Origin: Octopus bimaculoides
Lineage: Eukaryota
Assembly: GCF_001194135.2 (NCBI RefSeq)
Contig: NC_068992.1
Location: 8,560,751 to 8,624,750, forward strand
Direction of reading: 5' to 3'
Length of the DNA stretch: 64,000 nucleotides
A program made the translations under genes and the position numbers. The stretch's first letter is position 1, and the number at the start of each line of letters is the position of its first letter. Below the pieces are notes generated by a model, which was not told where the DNA came from, did not search any database, and saw only the letters and a program-made list of their open reading frames with translations. Shown here piece after piece: positions 62,861 to 64,000 of this stretch.

Positions 62861-64000
62861 TAATAATAATAATAAAGGTAATGCAAGATGTTACCACTGA
62901 TGATATAAGAAACATATATGCTTCATGCTTTTAATATTCAGGAAAGAAAATGAGGCAAAAATATAGATATGTATACATCCAACAAAGAAGAAAAAAAAAT
63001 ATTGAAATATCAGTGGCAAAAAGCAAAAACAAAAAGAAAAGGAAGAGTATGTATAAAATAGAATACCAACTGTTGTTTTAAATAAAGAAAAGATTTTTGA
63101 TAAAATTAATTTTATACCCAGTGCAGTCATAATTAAAATCAAATCTTAATAATAAGATTATCTAAAGAATCAGATATAACTGTTGACTTAATAAGAGGAA
63201 GCTTCAGACAAACAGAGGAAGCAATATGAGAATTTGCAATGCTGATAACTTTACCATAAGCCTTAATGGTTGGTGTAAGTAAAAGAGATGAGAATCAAAA
63301 CTGGGTCATAGATTATATTCAACAAGAACTTACTGCTATAACTTGGTACCCAATTCTTAATTGTAGAATTAATTTTAAATAAAATATAATATATTTTCTA
63401 AATCCTCTCCATCTGTTTCACTTTTTAAATTTTAAACTCAAAGAAGAAAAAAATTTACAGTATTTTTTTTACCAAAAAGTTCAGGGAAGAAGGATGCAAA
63501 CCAGAGTATTTTAAGATATTTTCAAATCAAGAATGGTAAAGGGATGAATAAGTTTTGTGTGGTAAACAATTTGAAGGAATGAAGATTACTACCTGTACAT
63601 TATATACCCTTCCATTTACATCTTATGCCAGTTGCCAGTTTATAATATACACTTTACATAACTATAATAAAACAACATATGTTAGCCTTTGTTATTTTTC
63701 TCAACCCAACCCATCTCTTAATCTAATTCCCAGTCTCTTTGCTATGCCCTTGCATATTAGCTGCACCTTAAGAACAGATTTTCAAACAAAGTACAAAAAA
63801 ATTTCATACTGTGACCATATAGCAATTCTAAAAATCCACTCACAACCTTTGACAAAAGAATTTTTCTGGCAAATGACCAGAAGAAAAAAACAGAAAACAA
63901 GTCTTTGACAATGCAGCTAACAAAACAGTCCCTCATTCTTCTTTGCAAATGTTCTTTTTGGTCTTTTGCCAAACACATATCCACAATTTTTGGTAAATTA

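Noticed and set aside
63555-63984. ORFs 63555-63908(+) and 63757-63984(-)
   Set aside because: Non-ATG or weak starts, AT-rich composition, and no motif or convincing splice sites.

Overview
AT-rich animal genomic DNA from a gapped draft assembly (10 N-gaps). It is dense in microsatellites and tRNA-derived SINEs; the repeat landscape looks like an octopod (Octopus-like) genome, which is my inference. One protein-coding gene is well supported, on the minus strand: complement(join(28358..29466,33748..33774,34435..34723)), 1425 nt, 474 aa, with both introns GT-AG and phase 1. The ORF track misses the middle exon, a 27-nt microexon. The protein has an N-terminal CARD, a long Ser/Arg-rich disordered linker carrying a basic-flanked Cys cluster (KPKRCWCICFPSLFRRKK) and a YENM motif, and a C-terminal TRADD-N-like domain. 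That suggests a membrane-tethered CARD-to-TRAF adaptor, an architecture I do not recognise as a named gene. Several exon-like segments with strong splice signals but no clean ORF lie upstream on the same strand (37.9, 45.3, 48.2-48.65 and 55.8 kb); one carries a BH3-like motif broken by a stop. The rest is transposon debris: a Ty3/Gypsy gag-pro-RT fragment that keeps a G_GGA_AAC slippery site plus a stem-loop/pseudoknot, mariner and DD37D-type Tc1/mariner remnants, RTE, CR1-like and Penelope fragments, piggyBac-type MITEs and at least four SINE families. Almost all other ORFs in the track are microsatellite, gap or SINE artefacts. No rRNA, true tRNA or CRISPR array is present.
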